DNA of 46,887 bases from an uncultured Gemmatimonas sp. Its GTDB lineage: Bacteria; Gemmatimonadota; Gemmatimonadetes; Gemmatimonadales; Gemmatimonadaceae. Position 1 is the stretch's first letter, and every line of letters starts with the position of its first letter. Below the pieces are notes generated by a model. It was not told the DNA's origin. It saw nothing but the letters and a program-made list of their open reading frames with translations, and did no database searches. Below, piece by piece: positions 9,101-17,827 of this stretch. A program made the translations under genes and the position numbers. Where the stretch lies: NCBI GenBank assembly GCA_964431565.1, contig CAYSKN010000001.1, forward strand, positions 1 through 46,887. Reading direction: 5' to 3'.

Positions 9101-9644
9101 CCAGCAGGAGCGGCTTGCGCCGTACCTGGAGAGATCCGGCAATGCATGGAGCGCAGTCGGTGGTGGCAAGATAGAACTCTCCAGGAGCTTCGTGGATTTT
9201 TTCAATCGTGCAGCCGAGGTGTCTGCCGCGCTATTCGCAGAGGATCCCGCCACGCCCATGGTACGTTGGCTCGCGAGCGGTGTGATCACAAATCAGACAC
9301 CACTGCTGATTCTCAAGAACAATGGCAAGGAAGCCCGATTCGACAAGAAATCGTTCAAGAATGAGGTTGTATGGCCTGCCACCAACGGCAGGGAGGCGGA
9401 GTTGCTGGCGCAGTTCAAGAAGAACAAGCCGGTCACGGTCCGGAAGGCCAGCGGCGACTGGGCAATCTTTCGGCTCGTGACATCAGCAGATGCCTTCGAG
9501 GGTCAGAACGTCACGTGGAATGCCACCGGAAAGGATGCCGAACCAGTGGTGGTGAAGTTCGAGGCGCTCCGTAGGGAAGCATCGTTGGTCCTCACCCGTG
9601 GTTGGCTTGGCCGGATGAGCTGTGTCCCTCAGGTGACGAAGTGA
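6126..9644 (+). CDS. tssM: T6SS membrane subunit TssM (IcmF)
   Basis: 1172 aa: two N-terminal TMs, P-loop-like GPEGSARTS, LPVYVVFTRMD, LRGFFFT, a third TM, a large periplasmic region with RFPF and WAIFRL. Directly follows tssL. Confidence 0.92.
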   Translation: MASRKPAKQWIIAAAVLMAFVTVIIMLERLMTLDMVSLWVLRIGLTLLGLIAAGAIVWFLSSQDSESAIDTGDDVLLAISAARARMSRGRFASSKLVLLLGPEGSARTSLVARSGGDPQLLAGDAPSGTDEAPVPTRTANIWLMQNTVLVELTSALLTDPSRFARIVRALRAPRVAAAVGRSEAAPRAAVVCVPCDLFHAGGSGEQLQQLAHMMRQRLSDASRELGLALPVYVVFTRMDRIPHFEPWAGAFTKEELRSPLGATLALDPLSNTGNYAERLTPRLQAAFDELVQSVGARRVDVLGRETHIDRRYSSYEWPRELGKLQAMALQFLVELCRPTQLGASPQLRGFFFTGARPIVVTDVGVAPAAADAAAPTEMFRRPAMPVTPAASISRKIPEWVFLDRFLRDVVIADSGAASLARGGVSVQHTRRLLLGSAIAATLFVMLGTTVSWAGNRALQGRVADAAGAVAALPVMQALPGTVAFPSSEALTRLDLLRAQLDTLDHYRIEGPPLRLRFGLWRGSALLDAARPVWYDGFRKQLFDYAWTALRDSLRTLPDVPTTANDYGQVYGWLKGYLITTTAPDSSTSEFLAPVLLASWQRGMQTDADMTALARRQFDYFADVLPRVNPYPRAADASIVSHAREFLSRFTGADQIYRNMIAAASRQTRPVVIPQAPGILTATPEVQGAYSIQGASFMSEAFRNADRFFQGEKWVVGDVTASRSLNRDSVVAILRTRYRDDYVRTWRDVVQSVTIIRPSSVKDAASRLDVLAGVQSPILQVLRTVSVNTAIDSTMSRAFQPVQAVTPPGITDKYVSESNQPYMDGLLGLQGALLQVANMPPAVDTPSTQALVQAAQLAAGDVTRARVSAKRVSQGFDVSSIGGALASPVEQLLLAPISGAEAVLKTAASQRPPNRRVAAGVPAAGGGGGGGGGGGGGGGAAEAAALNERGRALCSRIDQLTSRFPFNPDASADAGVADVKAILAPGSGELWVFQQERLAPYLERSGNAWSAVGGGKIELSRSFVDFFNRAAEVSAALFAEDPATPMVRWLASGVITNQTPLLILKNNGKEARFDKKSFKNEVVWPATNGREAELLAQFKKNKPVTVRKASGDWAIFRLVTSADAFEGQNVTWNATGKDAEPVVVKFEALRREASLVLTRGWLGRMSCVPQVTK
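8895..8939 (+). repeat. Perfect tandem repeat (GGCGGTGGA)x5 encoding Gly15 within TssM
   Basis: Five exact in-frame 9-nt units. Confidence 0.95.
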
Positions 9645-9721
9645 TGCTGGAGATGCACTGATAATGTGTCCGGGCAACGGCGATTGAACACGTCGACACG
9701 TGGGCAATAATCAGCGTATTC

Positions 9722-11602
9722 CTATGGTACACATCCAAGTTGGCCGGTATAGCGATTGATGACCTCTGCCTGTGCCATTGAGCGGGCGGTGCCTCGTGCC
9801 AGCCTGAGTGCTGTACAGGCGGGCCTAACTTCGTCCATCAGCAGATGGGCTTCGGCGATGCGGATATATGCCCACGTACTGTCGGTGCCTGTGGGCAGCC
9901 GTGCAACGAGTGTCTGAAGTATCGGCACTGCTGCGCGTGCTGTAGCCTCGTTGGCAGTGGAAGGATCGAGCACCTTCGTGATGCTGTCGAGAGTGGCGAC
10001 TGCGCGGCTGGCACCGATCGTATTTCCGGAGGTGGGTAGTGCTGCGCGAGGGGAGCTGTTAACTCCTGCTCTGACGCCTGGTGTAGAAGGGCGGCGGGGT
10101 TGGTTGCCGCCACTGGCTGGAGCCTGGGTGGGTGGCTCCGGCGGCGGACTGAGGGTGATAGAGTCCGTGATATCGGGATCCTCGACAGCATCTGTTGCTT
10201 GCCCGTCCACAGGGCTTGCTCCGGCAGGTTGCCTCTCATCGGTCACGGGTCCAGTGGGTTCGGCGGGTGAGTTTGCAGACGACTCTGCACCTGACGTAGC
10301 GGCTACTTCCTGCCTGGCATTCCACCGCCATAAGGCACCGAACAACAGCATGACTGAAAACATGAGGCTGAGCACAAGCGGCAGCCTAGACCGTGGGCTG
10401 GTGCCATCGGCGTGGCCTACGTTAGTGACTGATGATGCTTGCCTTGTGGCCTGCTCTTGTCGCGAAGATGTCTCAGATACAGCAAGTGCAGCGCCAGATT
10501 GTGCTGAATCTGACTGTTGCACACTGGTGGCCGTAGCCGAGGTGTGATCGCTGCCGGACAGGTGGCTGGAGGCCGCCGCTGGGGCTCGGCCTTCGTTAGA
10601 AGCATGCGTGGCAGAGACCAGTGGTATCTGGGACGCGTGCACCGAGGCCGATGGCCTCGCGGCGACCTCGAATGCCCTGGCAAATGCTCCCGCCGAGGCT
10701 GTGCGTGTAGCTGGATCCCGGTCGAGTGCCTCATTGAATGCTGCCTGCAGTTCGGGCGACCATTGAAGATCCGGTCTCACGAGGCTTAGCGTGCGTGGCT
10801 CGCTCACCAGACGGGCAGTCATACCGTGATCGGGGGTATTACGGTCAAACGGGAGATCCAAGGTAAGGCACTCATATGCCACCAGGGCAAGCGCATACAC
10901 ATCACTGCGATGATCCACCGACTCACCAAAAAGCTGCTCCGGGCTCATGAACTCGGGTGTACCAACCACAAAGCCAGTTCGCGTCAGTCCGGTCTCCCTT
11001 TGCTGACTTCCGACCGCCTTGGCGATGCCGAAATCGACGACCTTGCATCTGTCGATACCCTCGTCGTCGGTCTGTACCATGATATTGTCGGGCTTGAGGT
11101 CGCGATGGACGATGCCCAGCCTATGCGCGGCATCGAGCCCGTCGGCAACCTGTCGCACGATGACGGCGGTGCGCTCAATGCTCAGTGGGCCGTCGCGATC
11201 AAGGATCTTCCGGAGCGTCGGTCCATTCACATATTCCATCGCCAGGTAGATGAGCCCTTCTGGTGTCTCTCCGAAGTCGAAGACACGGGCAACGCGCTCG
11301 TGTTCGATGGAGCTGGCGTTGGCAGCCTCCCGATTGAAGCGGGTCACCGACGCGGAGTCGGTCAGCAATTCGCGATGCAGTACCTTGATGGCTGCCTGCA
11401 GCGGCAGGCGGACGTGCCGTGCAAGATAGACGCGGCCCATACCGCCTTCACCCAGCAGATCCGTAACGAGGTATCTGTCGGCGACGACCGAGCCGATCAG
11501 ATCACCTTCGGAATCAGCGGCCCTCAGGGTTGAGCCGTCCGTTGGACAGAAGATGTTCGTATCAGGGTAAGTGGCGCTACAGACAGGGCAGACTTTTGGC
11601 AT
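9722..11602 (-). CDS. Membrane Hanks-type Ser/Thr protein kinase with an N-terminal zinc-ribbon-like motif (PpkA-like position next to the T6SS)
   Basis: CPVC..CPTDG, LGEGGMGRVY, AAIK, HRDLKPDN, DFG and GTPEFMSPEQ motifs; TM LPLVLSLMFSVMLLFGALW; helical C-terminal extracytoplasmic domain. Confidence 0.92.
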   Translation of the reverse strand: MPKVCPVCSATYPDTNIFCPTDGSTLRAADSEGDLIGSVVADRYLVTDLLGEGGMGRVYLARHVRLPLQAAIKVLHRELLTDSASVTRFNREAANASSIEHERVARVFDFGETPEGLIYLAMEYVNGPTLRKILDRDGPLSIERTAVIVRQVADGLDAAHRLGIVHRDLKPDNIMVQTDDEGIDRCKVVDFGIAKAVGSQQRETGLTRTGFVVGTPEFMSPEQLFGESVDHRSDVYALALVAYECLTLDLPFDRNTPDHGMTARLVSEPRTLSLVRPDLQWSPELQAAFNEALDRDPATRTASAGAFARAFEVAARPSASVHASQIPLVSATHASNEGRAPAAASSHLSGSDHTSATATSVQQSDSAQSGAALAVSETSSRQEQATRQASSVTNVGHADGTSPRSRLPLVLSLMFSVMLLFGALWRWNARQEVAATSGAESSANSPAEPTGPVTDERQPAGASPVDGQATDAVEDPDITDSITLSPPPEPPTQAPASGGNQPRRPSTPGVRAGVNSSPRAALPTSGNTIGASRAVATLDSITKVLDPSTANEATARAAVPILQTLVARLPTGTDSTWAYIRIAEAHLLMDEVRPACTALRLARGTARSMAQAEVINRYTGQLGCVP

Positions 11603-11731
11603 CGGCGGGAATGGCGGAAGGCCCTCTTATGTATTGACTTTGGGGGACGGGTAATGCCACCAGTGATACTGAACTAATACAGGATCCAGCGGTAAGTTCC
11701 ACACAATACCCATCTCAGGGAGAATATCCGC

Positions 11732-12514
11732 ATGTCTGTCGCATTGCTCATTCGGCGGGCTCGTCATGCTGTCACCGTTGCCCTGGCTGGCGCGGGAATA
11801 TTCGCATGCGCTGCCAGCTCAGCCTACACCCAAGGCAGCACCACCCAGCCTCCTCCGCAGGGCGGTTCAGTACAGCCGGGTGCAAGACCAACCGTTGCCA
11901 TCATGTATTTCACAAATGGTGCGATCGGTAATGCCGCGGAATACGAACCGCTCAGCAAGGGACTTGCAGAGATGCTGATTACCGAACTGTCCGGTAACCA
12001 GAACATTCGCGTGGTGGAACGTGATCGCCTCCAGGCGCTATTCAATGAACAGAACCTGAGCACGACCGGCCGCATTGAGCAGGGCACAGCAGCGAATATC
12101 GGAAAAACCCTCGGCGCATTGCACATGATCATGGGAAGTTTTGTGATTGATCCCAGAAACAACATGCGGATGGATGTGCGCGCGATAAACACGGAGACAT
12201 CAGAGTTGGAGTACGCCACCTCGGTAAGCGGGAAGGCCGACAGGATGCTGGAACTGCTCGGCCAACTTGGAGCAAAGGTGAACTCCGGTCTCAAGCTGCC
12301 CAGTGCGCAGCGTGGTTTTGAGGAGGGTAAGGCTGTTGGTGCGAAAGGTCCGAATCAGCTCAAGTCGATGATGCTACTGAGCCGCGCACTGGAACAGCAG
12401 GATCGCAAGAACAACATGGAGGCGGTTGCTCTCTACAAGGAGTCGATCCAGGCCAATCCAGACAACGAGCGTGCGAAGACCCTGCTGGCCAGCCTGGAGG
12501 GCGGAAGGCGGTAG
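11732..12514 (+). CDS. Exported CsgG/HfaB (TolB_N-like) family protein with a C-terminal TPR
   Basis: Signal peptide; PTVAIMYF...GLAEMLITELS..IRVVERDRLQALFNEQNL...TAANIGKTLGA..IMGSF; TPR-like AVALYKESIQANPDNERA. Confidence 0.8.
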   Translation: MSVALLIRRARHAVTVALAGAGIFACAASSAYTQGSTTQPPPQGGSVQPGARPTVAIMYFTNGAIGNAAEYEPLSKGLAEMLITELSGNQNIRVVERDRLQALFNEQNLSTTGRIEQGTAANIGKTLGALHMIMGSFVIDPRNNMRMDVRAINTETSELEYATSVSGKADRMLELLGQLGAKVNSGLKLPSAQRGFEEGKAVGAKGPNQLKSMMLLSRALEQQDRKNNMEAVALYKESIQANPDNERAKTLLASLEGGRR

Positions 12515-12528
12515 ACCAGTGTCCCTTC

Positions 12529-15207
12529 CTACTTCATAAGATATCCAAAGCTTTCGAAGTACGCGGATAGGCTGTCGCTTCGCGTGATACCGCCCGGTAC
12601 CAGGCATGGGTAGTTGGCGTGGTAACAGAGCTGCCCGACGGTGCTAGTCCACACTCCGGTGCCAGACAGGTTCACCTGGAACGGTAGTGCGACGGGAATC
12701 TGCCAGTTGCAGAGGGTGGTGAGAATGGCACTTCCTCCCGGGATCGGTGCGTACGAACATGTACGACTCCACCCGTTGCCCAAGGCACTCACCGAGCCGG
12801 CTGAGTATCCGGTAAGGTAGACCTTGACGAGAACGGTTGGGATAGCGGTGAACAGCGCATAGACGGAATTGGATTCCTGAGGGTCCGCCAGCCGGCAGAT
12901 GGTGGCCAGTCCGGCAGAGGCACAGGCTCCGGCCCAGCCGCCGAATGTAGAGGTCGGGTTGGGGGTTGCCCTTAGTGTGACTCCGTTTGGCAGCGTGGGC
13001 AGAAATGCAGATGCCACGCAGCTCCCCTGCGATGTTGTGGGGCCGATCAACAGACAGTTTATCGGCAGCTCGCCGGAAGTGACCGTACCACCGCCAGTGG
13101 CGGTTCGCAATGGGCCTACGCTCACCATCACGGTGGGCGGGTTGAACAGCGCGGCCACGGTCATTGCTCGTGACAGCACCAATGTGCAACTCGTGCTGCC
13201 GCTGTTACAGTTGCCACTGAAGCCGGCAAAAACCTGACGCAGACCAGGTTCAGCTTCGAGTGTTACAATTGATCCCATTGGCAACGGGATGTTGCAGGTT
13301 TTCTGGCTCTCTCCCTGACCTAGTGTGCAGACTTGGCCGCTGCTCACCCTGACACTCCCAAAACCGGCACCGTTGAGCGTAAGCATGAGCTGAACCTGAA
13401 GACGATTGAATACGGCCCCAACAGTCCTGGTCTGGTTCATGGCAACCACACATGTGTCGCGTCCGCTGCATGCGCCTGTCCAACCGCCGAACTCACTTTG
13501 CTCATCCGGGACAGCACTAAGCGTGATGGTTGAGCCGGCCCTCATGCTGCCGGAACAGCTGCCGGAGTTCTGAGCAGCCGACCGCACACAGTTGATGGTG
13601 GTATCTGCCCTCACCAGGCCGCCACCACTTCCGCTCGGTACGACCGACAGACTGGCGAATGCATCGAACTGCACTCCGATGGTAATACCCTGCGCAGGCA
13701 CCCGCACGGTGCAGGTGGTACCCGATGTACTGGTACAGCCGATCCAGCCGTTGAAGATGTTACTGTCCGTCGCCACAGCAGCGAGAGTGATGATCGTGCC
13801 TGTAGCGAAGAGATGTGAGCATTCGCCCGAACCAACTGCTCCGTTGAATGCACAGGAGATTCCTGTCGGCAGTGAAGAGACCGTGCCGGTTCCTGTTCCA
13901 GTCGCTACAATAATCACCGGCACGGGCGTTCCGAAAAGCGCAGTCACGTTTCGGGCTGCCTTCATCGTCACTTCACAGATGAGCGAGGTGACGCCGGCAC
14001 AGTCACCGGACCAGCCTGCAAAGATGCTCCCCTCGCCTGGCAACGCCACCAGGCTTACTATTGTGCCCTCGAAGAATGGGCTGGCGCAGGTACCGCTGGC
14101 GCTACCCTGGAGAGAACGACATGCAATACCGACGGGAGTGGAATTCACGATACCGGAACCGCTGCCGGTGACACCGACATTGAGTGTGAAGTAGTCACGA
14201 AACGTCGCACCGACGCTTCGTGGACTGTTCATGGACACGGTACAGCTCCGGCCACCGGATCCGATGCAATCACCCGTCCACCCAACCAACCCGGAGCCGT
14301 CGGTAGGAGTGGCTGTGAGTGTGATATCGATATCTCCCGGGAAGGTGTGGCTGCATACGCCCGACGTAGATGTACCGGTCACGACACAGTTGATACCCGC
14401 AGGCAGTGATGACACTAGGCCCGATCCCGTCGAACCGGCCCTTGTCACCGTCAGTGTTGCCGGTGGCGGCACTACGCGTATCTCGACGGCGCGCAGATGG
14501 CCACCGACGTCTGCATTGATGACGGCGGTACCTACCGCCAGGGGTGTAACCACACCGGAGACGCTCACCGTGGCGACAGCAGGGTTGCTGCTTGTCCATG
14601 TCGCGCTGCGACCAGCTATGGGCTGCTGCTGGCGGTCGAGTATGGCAACAGCCAGCGACATTGTGCCGCCAATTTCCACGCGGAGTGGCAAGCCGGCACC
14701 AACCACATTGACCGACGGTGCGGTCACCCGCACATCGCCGATGTCATTGAGTTGAATCGTTCCCGCTATAGTGGTGACACTACCGGGACGGAGCGAGATG
14801 GGCCCGATGAACTGCCTGTCGACTTGGGCACTATTGATCAGGAGCTGCACTTCAATGCGAACCACGCATTCGTCGCTGGCAACGGGCGTGCCATCGATTC
14901 CGCTACGCTGCGTGTCAGCGAGGCAGTTGGCCAGATCAATGCCTACCGGAACCGACTGAGTGGTGCCCGAGAGCGTTATCGATTGTGTGGAGAGTGGTGA
15001 GTAGCTGCCGTTCTTCAGCAGGTAGGCACTCGTGATCTGCACTGTCTCACCGGGTCCCGGGACACTCTGGAACGATGCCGAGATCACCAGTTGTGCCGGT
15101 TGATCCGCTCCTGGTCCGACGGTACTTGAATCCGCACATCCACCAATCAAGAACAGACTCGCTAGAGAGCCCACCGTGGTGGCTGCATTCCGCAGCGCGG
15201 AAATCAT
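12529..15207 (-). CDS. Large surface lipoprotein with a Big_2 Ig-like domain and six to seven Cys-containing divergent InlB B-repeat-like domains
   Basis: Probable start MISALRN at 15207; the upstream part of the ORF overlaps the neighbouring gene. Lipobox LIGGC; WTSSNPAVATVSVSGVVT (Big_2); repeats of GSGxVxS.PxGIxC...C...LxAxP...FxGWxGxC....CxVxM...VxAxF. Confidence 0.82.
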   Translation of the reverse strand: MISALRNAATTVGSLASLFLIGGCADSSTVGPGADQPAQLVISASFQSVPGPGETVQITSAYLLKNGSYSPLSTQSITLSGTTQSVPVGIDLANCLADTQRSGIDGTPVASDECVVRIEVQLLINSAQVDRQFIGPISLRPGSVTTIAGTIQLNDIGDVRVTAPSVNVVGAGLPLRVEIGGTMSLAVAILDRQQQPIAGRSATWTSSNPAVATVSVSGVVTPLAVGTAVINADVGGHLRAVEIRVVPPPATLTVTRAGSTGSGLVSSLPAGINCVVTGTSTSGVCSHTFPGDIDITLTATPTDGSGLVGWTGDCIGSGGRSCTVSMNSPRSVGATFRDYFTLNVGVTGSGSGIVNSTPVGIACRSLQGSASGTCASPFFEGTIVSLVALPGEGSIFAGWSGDCAGVTSLICEVTMKAARNVTALFGTPVPVIIVATGTGTGTVSSLPTGISCAFNGAVGSGECSHLFATGTIITLAAVATDSNIFNGWIGCTSTSGTTCTVRVPAQGITIGVQFDAFASLSVVPSGSGGGLVRADTTINCVRSAAQNSGSCSGSMRAGSTITLSAVPDEQSEFGGWTGACSGRDTCVVAMNQTRTVGAVFNRLQVQLMLTLNGAGFGSVRVSSGQVCTLGQGESQKTCNIPLPMGSIVTLEAEPGLRQVFAGFSGNCNSGSTSCTLVLSRAMTVAALFNPPTVMVSVGPLRTATGGGTVTSGELPINCLLIGPTTSQGSCVASAFLPTLPNGVTLRATPNPTSTFGGWAGACASAGLATICRLADPQESNSVYALFTAIPTVLVKVYLTGYSAGSVSALGNGWSRTCSYAPIPGGSAILTTLCNWQIPVALPFQVNLSGTGVWTSTVGQLCYHANYPCLVPGGITRSDSLSAYFESFGYLMK

Positions 15208-15287
15208 GCGCTTTCTGTTGCGGAAGCGATGATCAATGGCGCTGATGGGTGTGCGCCCAAGCCCCGTAGAAATGGTCAGCATGAGCA

Positions 15288-16649
15288 TCAGAAGCGGGAC
15301 ATGAAAATGACCCCCGCAGATCCGCCAAAGAAGGAAGAAGCTGATCTGCCGCCGGAGGCAGCCGAGTGCAACCGGCCACCTTGGATCCGGAGATATGGTT
15401 GCCAGGTGACTGAACCCACGCGACGAGTGAGACCAATGGTGCTTCCGACGCTGGTGACGCCCGAAGCAGCCAGTCCCTGATCTATTGCAAGTCCGCTGTG
15501 CAGCCGTGCATCTGCTGTCACGAGAATATCGGTGACGGCGGATACCGGAATGCTGGTACGCAGTCCACCGTCGAAGTAATTGCCACTGGTGCCAGCCACC
15601 TCTACACCGTCCCGCTTGTATCCGGTGCGATATCGGTTGACGCCCCACAGCACGAGTTCACGCACCCTGGGTGCCGCGAACTGAATCTGCGCATCGGTGG
15701 TCATGATCGGGCCCAGCCGAACTGTGGCCAGCGGAGGCGCTGACGATGGCAGTGAAGGGTTGCGCAGCTCGTCGTCGGAATAGAAATCGATTGCGGTTGT
15801 GACGCTCAGCCGATTCATGCCGGCCAGTCCGTCGATTCCGAGTGAACCCCGTATTACGCTACCCGGCTTGAAGTTGGTGGACGGTGATCCGGCAGTAAGC
15901 GCAGCAATCGGCTGGTACTTTCCGCGCAATTCATATGACCCGCCTACGGCAACTGCCCATCCGTCCACCTCCTGTGTCAGAACTACTCCTGCGGTACCAC
16001 CAGGTCCGATGCCAACCGGAGGTGCTCCGAGCGCAAGAGCTGGGGCCGCAATGGCCCGCAGGAGCGTCAGATCGCTTGCGCTCAGTCCCGTCTTGCCGGT
16101 TGGCACATTCACACCCGTGGTGAGCACCAGGACATCATTGAACAGACGGCCGGTTGCGCGGATGCGTACGTCGGTGGGCCCCGAGAGCGATGATGTTACT
16201 TCGGCCTCTTCTCCACCCGCTCCGCTGCGCGGTTTCCAGGTGAGTCGCGAGGAAGTGAAGGCAGACTGCAGGTCTATAGTCCAGGCAGTACCGATCGGCA
16301 GGGCGAGCGATATGGGTACGGAGAACTGCTCGATCCGCCTGAGCTGAACGGAGTCCAGTCCCATGACGCCAGGCTGTTGATAGCCGAAACCACCAAAGCC
16401 GACCATGTCCACAGTCCCGCCAATGGCAAGCGCGCCCATGCCAACCAACCGATCCTGTGCGCTGGCCGACGATGCAGTGATGAAGCCATGGGCGAGCGAT
16501 GCGGCTGTCAGAATGAGTGCTCGAGACGCGGCGGAAGATGAGATACGCAGGAATCCCTTTAGCGCTATTGATCGGGCCATCGGCGTGAACCACATACAGC
16601 GTGGCCGGAACCAGGAGCGGGTGCTGGCTGGGGTGATTGGCCGTGTCAT
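15288..16649 (-). CDS. Predicted outer-membrane beta-barrel protein
   Basis: Signal peptide ending ASA-Q, alternating amphipathic strands (e.g. WAVAVGGSYELRG, WQPYLRIQGG), C-terminal Phe (GVIFMSRF). ATGA overlap with the upstream gene's stop. Confidence 0.65.
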   Translation of the reverse strand: MTRPITPASTRSWFRPRCMWFTPMARSIALKGFLRISSSAASRALILTAASLAHGFITASSASAQDRLVGMGALAIGGTVDMVGFGGFGYQQPGVMGLDSVQLRRIEQFSVPISLALPIGTAWTIDLQSAFTSSRLTWKPRSGAGGEEAEVTSSLSGPTDVRIRATGRLFNDVLVLTTGVNVPTGKTGLSASDLTLLRAIAAPALALGAPPVGIGPGGTAGVVLTQEVDGWAVAVGGSYELRGKYQPIAALTAGSPSTNFKPGSVIRGSLGIDGLAGMNRLSVTTAIDFYSDDELRNPSLPSSAPPLATVRLGPIMTTDAQIQFAAPRVRELVLWGVNRYRTGYKRDGVEVAGTSGNYFDGGLRTSIPVSAVTDILVTADARLHSGLAIDQGLAASGVTSVGSTIGLTRRVGSVTWQPYLRIQGGRLHSAASGGRSASSFFGGSAGVIFMSRF

Positions 16650-17626
16650 GGACGGGTGATCGTGATGATGACCGTAGCCCGCGATGAAGGGAACACGGGA
16701 TCGAGTACGGTGCCCGCGATTCGTGATACATTGGTGATGAGATCGAGCGGCCGGTTCAGCCGGTCGACAGCGCTGGAAATTGCAGCGTCGAGTGGCCTGA
16801 TGCCCGGAATGGCGATTGGGCTGGCTGTGCCCATTGCCGCATAGGAGCGAGCCTGGCGCTCCATGGAACGTGCTTCCCGGAAGCCGGGGTCGAGCCTGGC
16901 AGCAAGGCTGAACTCCGATACTGCTCCGCGGTAATCGCCTTCGTAGTAGCGCTTGAGGCCGCGACCGAAGGCGAGCAGGGCGCCGATGTTCCTCGTTGGC
17001 TGCGCTTCGATCGTCGCTCTCTCGGCAGGATTGAGGCTGATTCCCAGTGACTCAAAGAGCCTGAAGACAAGCGCCTTCTCCGCAGCGAGGATCTCTGCGA
17101 GTGGAGCGCTGGCATCGACAGCACTGGAAATTGTGCCACGCTCCACATCACCGATACGTGCTCCCAGCCGAAGCGTGCGACCATCGGCAAGTGGTTGCAC
17201 AGAACCGAAGATGAGCCTCTGCGCGCTGACGAGCCGCCCGACCCGCGGAGCAGTGGCGGAATCGACCCGGCCCGTCTGCGTCAGATCAAGCTCTCGGAGG
17301 ACCTCACCGAGACGGGAGCGCTCCACTATGTGAACCCGCGCACTCCGTGAAAGATCGGTCGCAACGAACTCCGCCAGGGCGAAGGCAAGCGGTACGAGGG
17401 TACTGTCGTTTCCGTGAGCGGAGAACGGCGGGACTCCGAGGGTGCCACGAGCGACCGGTCCGAGAATCTGTTCGCTGGCAATCGCCTGGGCATCGCCCGC
17501 CGAACGTGGAGCGGGTGAGGGAGCCGGTCTGCCGCCACACGCGGCAAGCAGCCCCGCGGTCAGCGGTGCCGCAGGGAGCGCGCGCATCAGACGCCAAACG
17601 TCACGGCACACGGTCAGGAGGCACAT
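16646..17626 (-). CDS. CsgG/HfaB-family lipoprotein with a C-terminal TPR
   Basis: Lipobox LLAAC; LGVPPF...ALAEFVATDLS..VHIVERSRLGEVLRELDL..GRVDSATAPRVGRLVSA..IFGS; TPR AVSEFSLAARLDPGF. Start is 17626 or 17587. Confidence 0.8.
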   Translation of the reverse strand: MCLLTVCRDVWRLMRALPAAPLTAGLLAACGGRPAPSPAPRSAGDAQAIASEQILGPVARGTLGVPPFSAHGNDSTLVPLAFALAEFVATDLSRSARVHIVERSRLGEVLRELDLTQTGRVDSATAPRVGRLVSAQRLIFGSVQPLADGRTLRLGARIGDVERGTISSAVDASAPLAEILAAEKALVFRLFESLGISLNPAERATIEAQPTRNIGALLAFGRGLKRYYEGDYRGAVSEFSLAARLDPGFREARSMERQARSYAAMGTASPIAIPGIRPLDAAISSAVDRLNRPLDLITNVSRIAGTVLDPVFPSSRATVIITITRP

Positions 17627-17827
17627 AGTGTGAGATGACAAGGTAAGATTGGGGCTCGTGGGACGACGCGGACTGTCACAGACCCGGCAGCAGCGGAAGT
17701 ATGCCTGCCTCTTGCGTTGATGGCGAATGTGCAGTCTTCGTAGAATAGAATCAAGCATCGTTTCGGAACAACGTGATGACGTCGAAGGCACACCGCCGTG
17801 ACACGTCGTACAATTCATAGGAGGACC

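Noticed and set aside
15208..15648. N-terminal 147 aa of the 1039-aa ORF
   Set aside because: Overlaps the barrel gene in another frame. The lipoprotein signal begins at 15207, so this is not a real extension or fusion.
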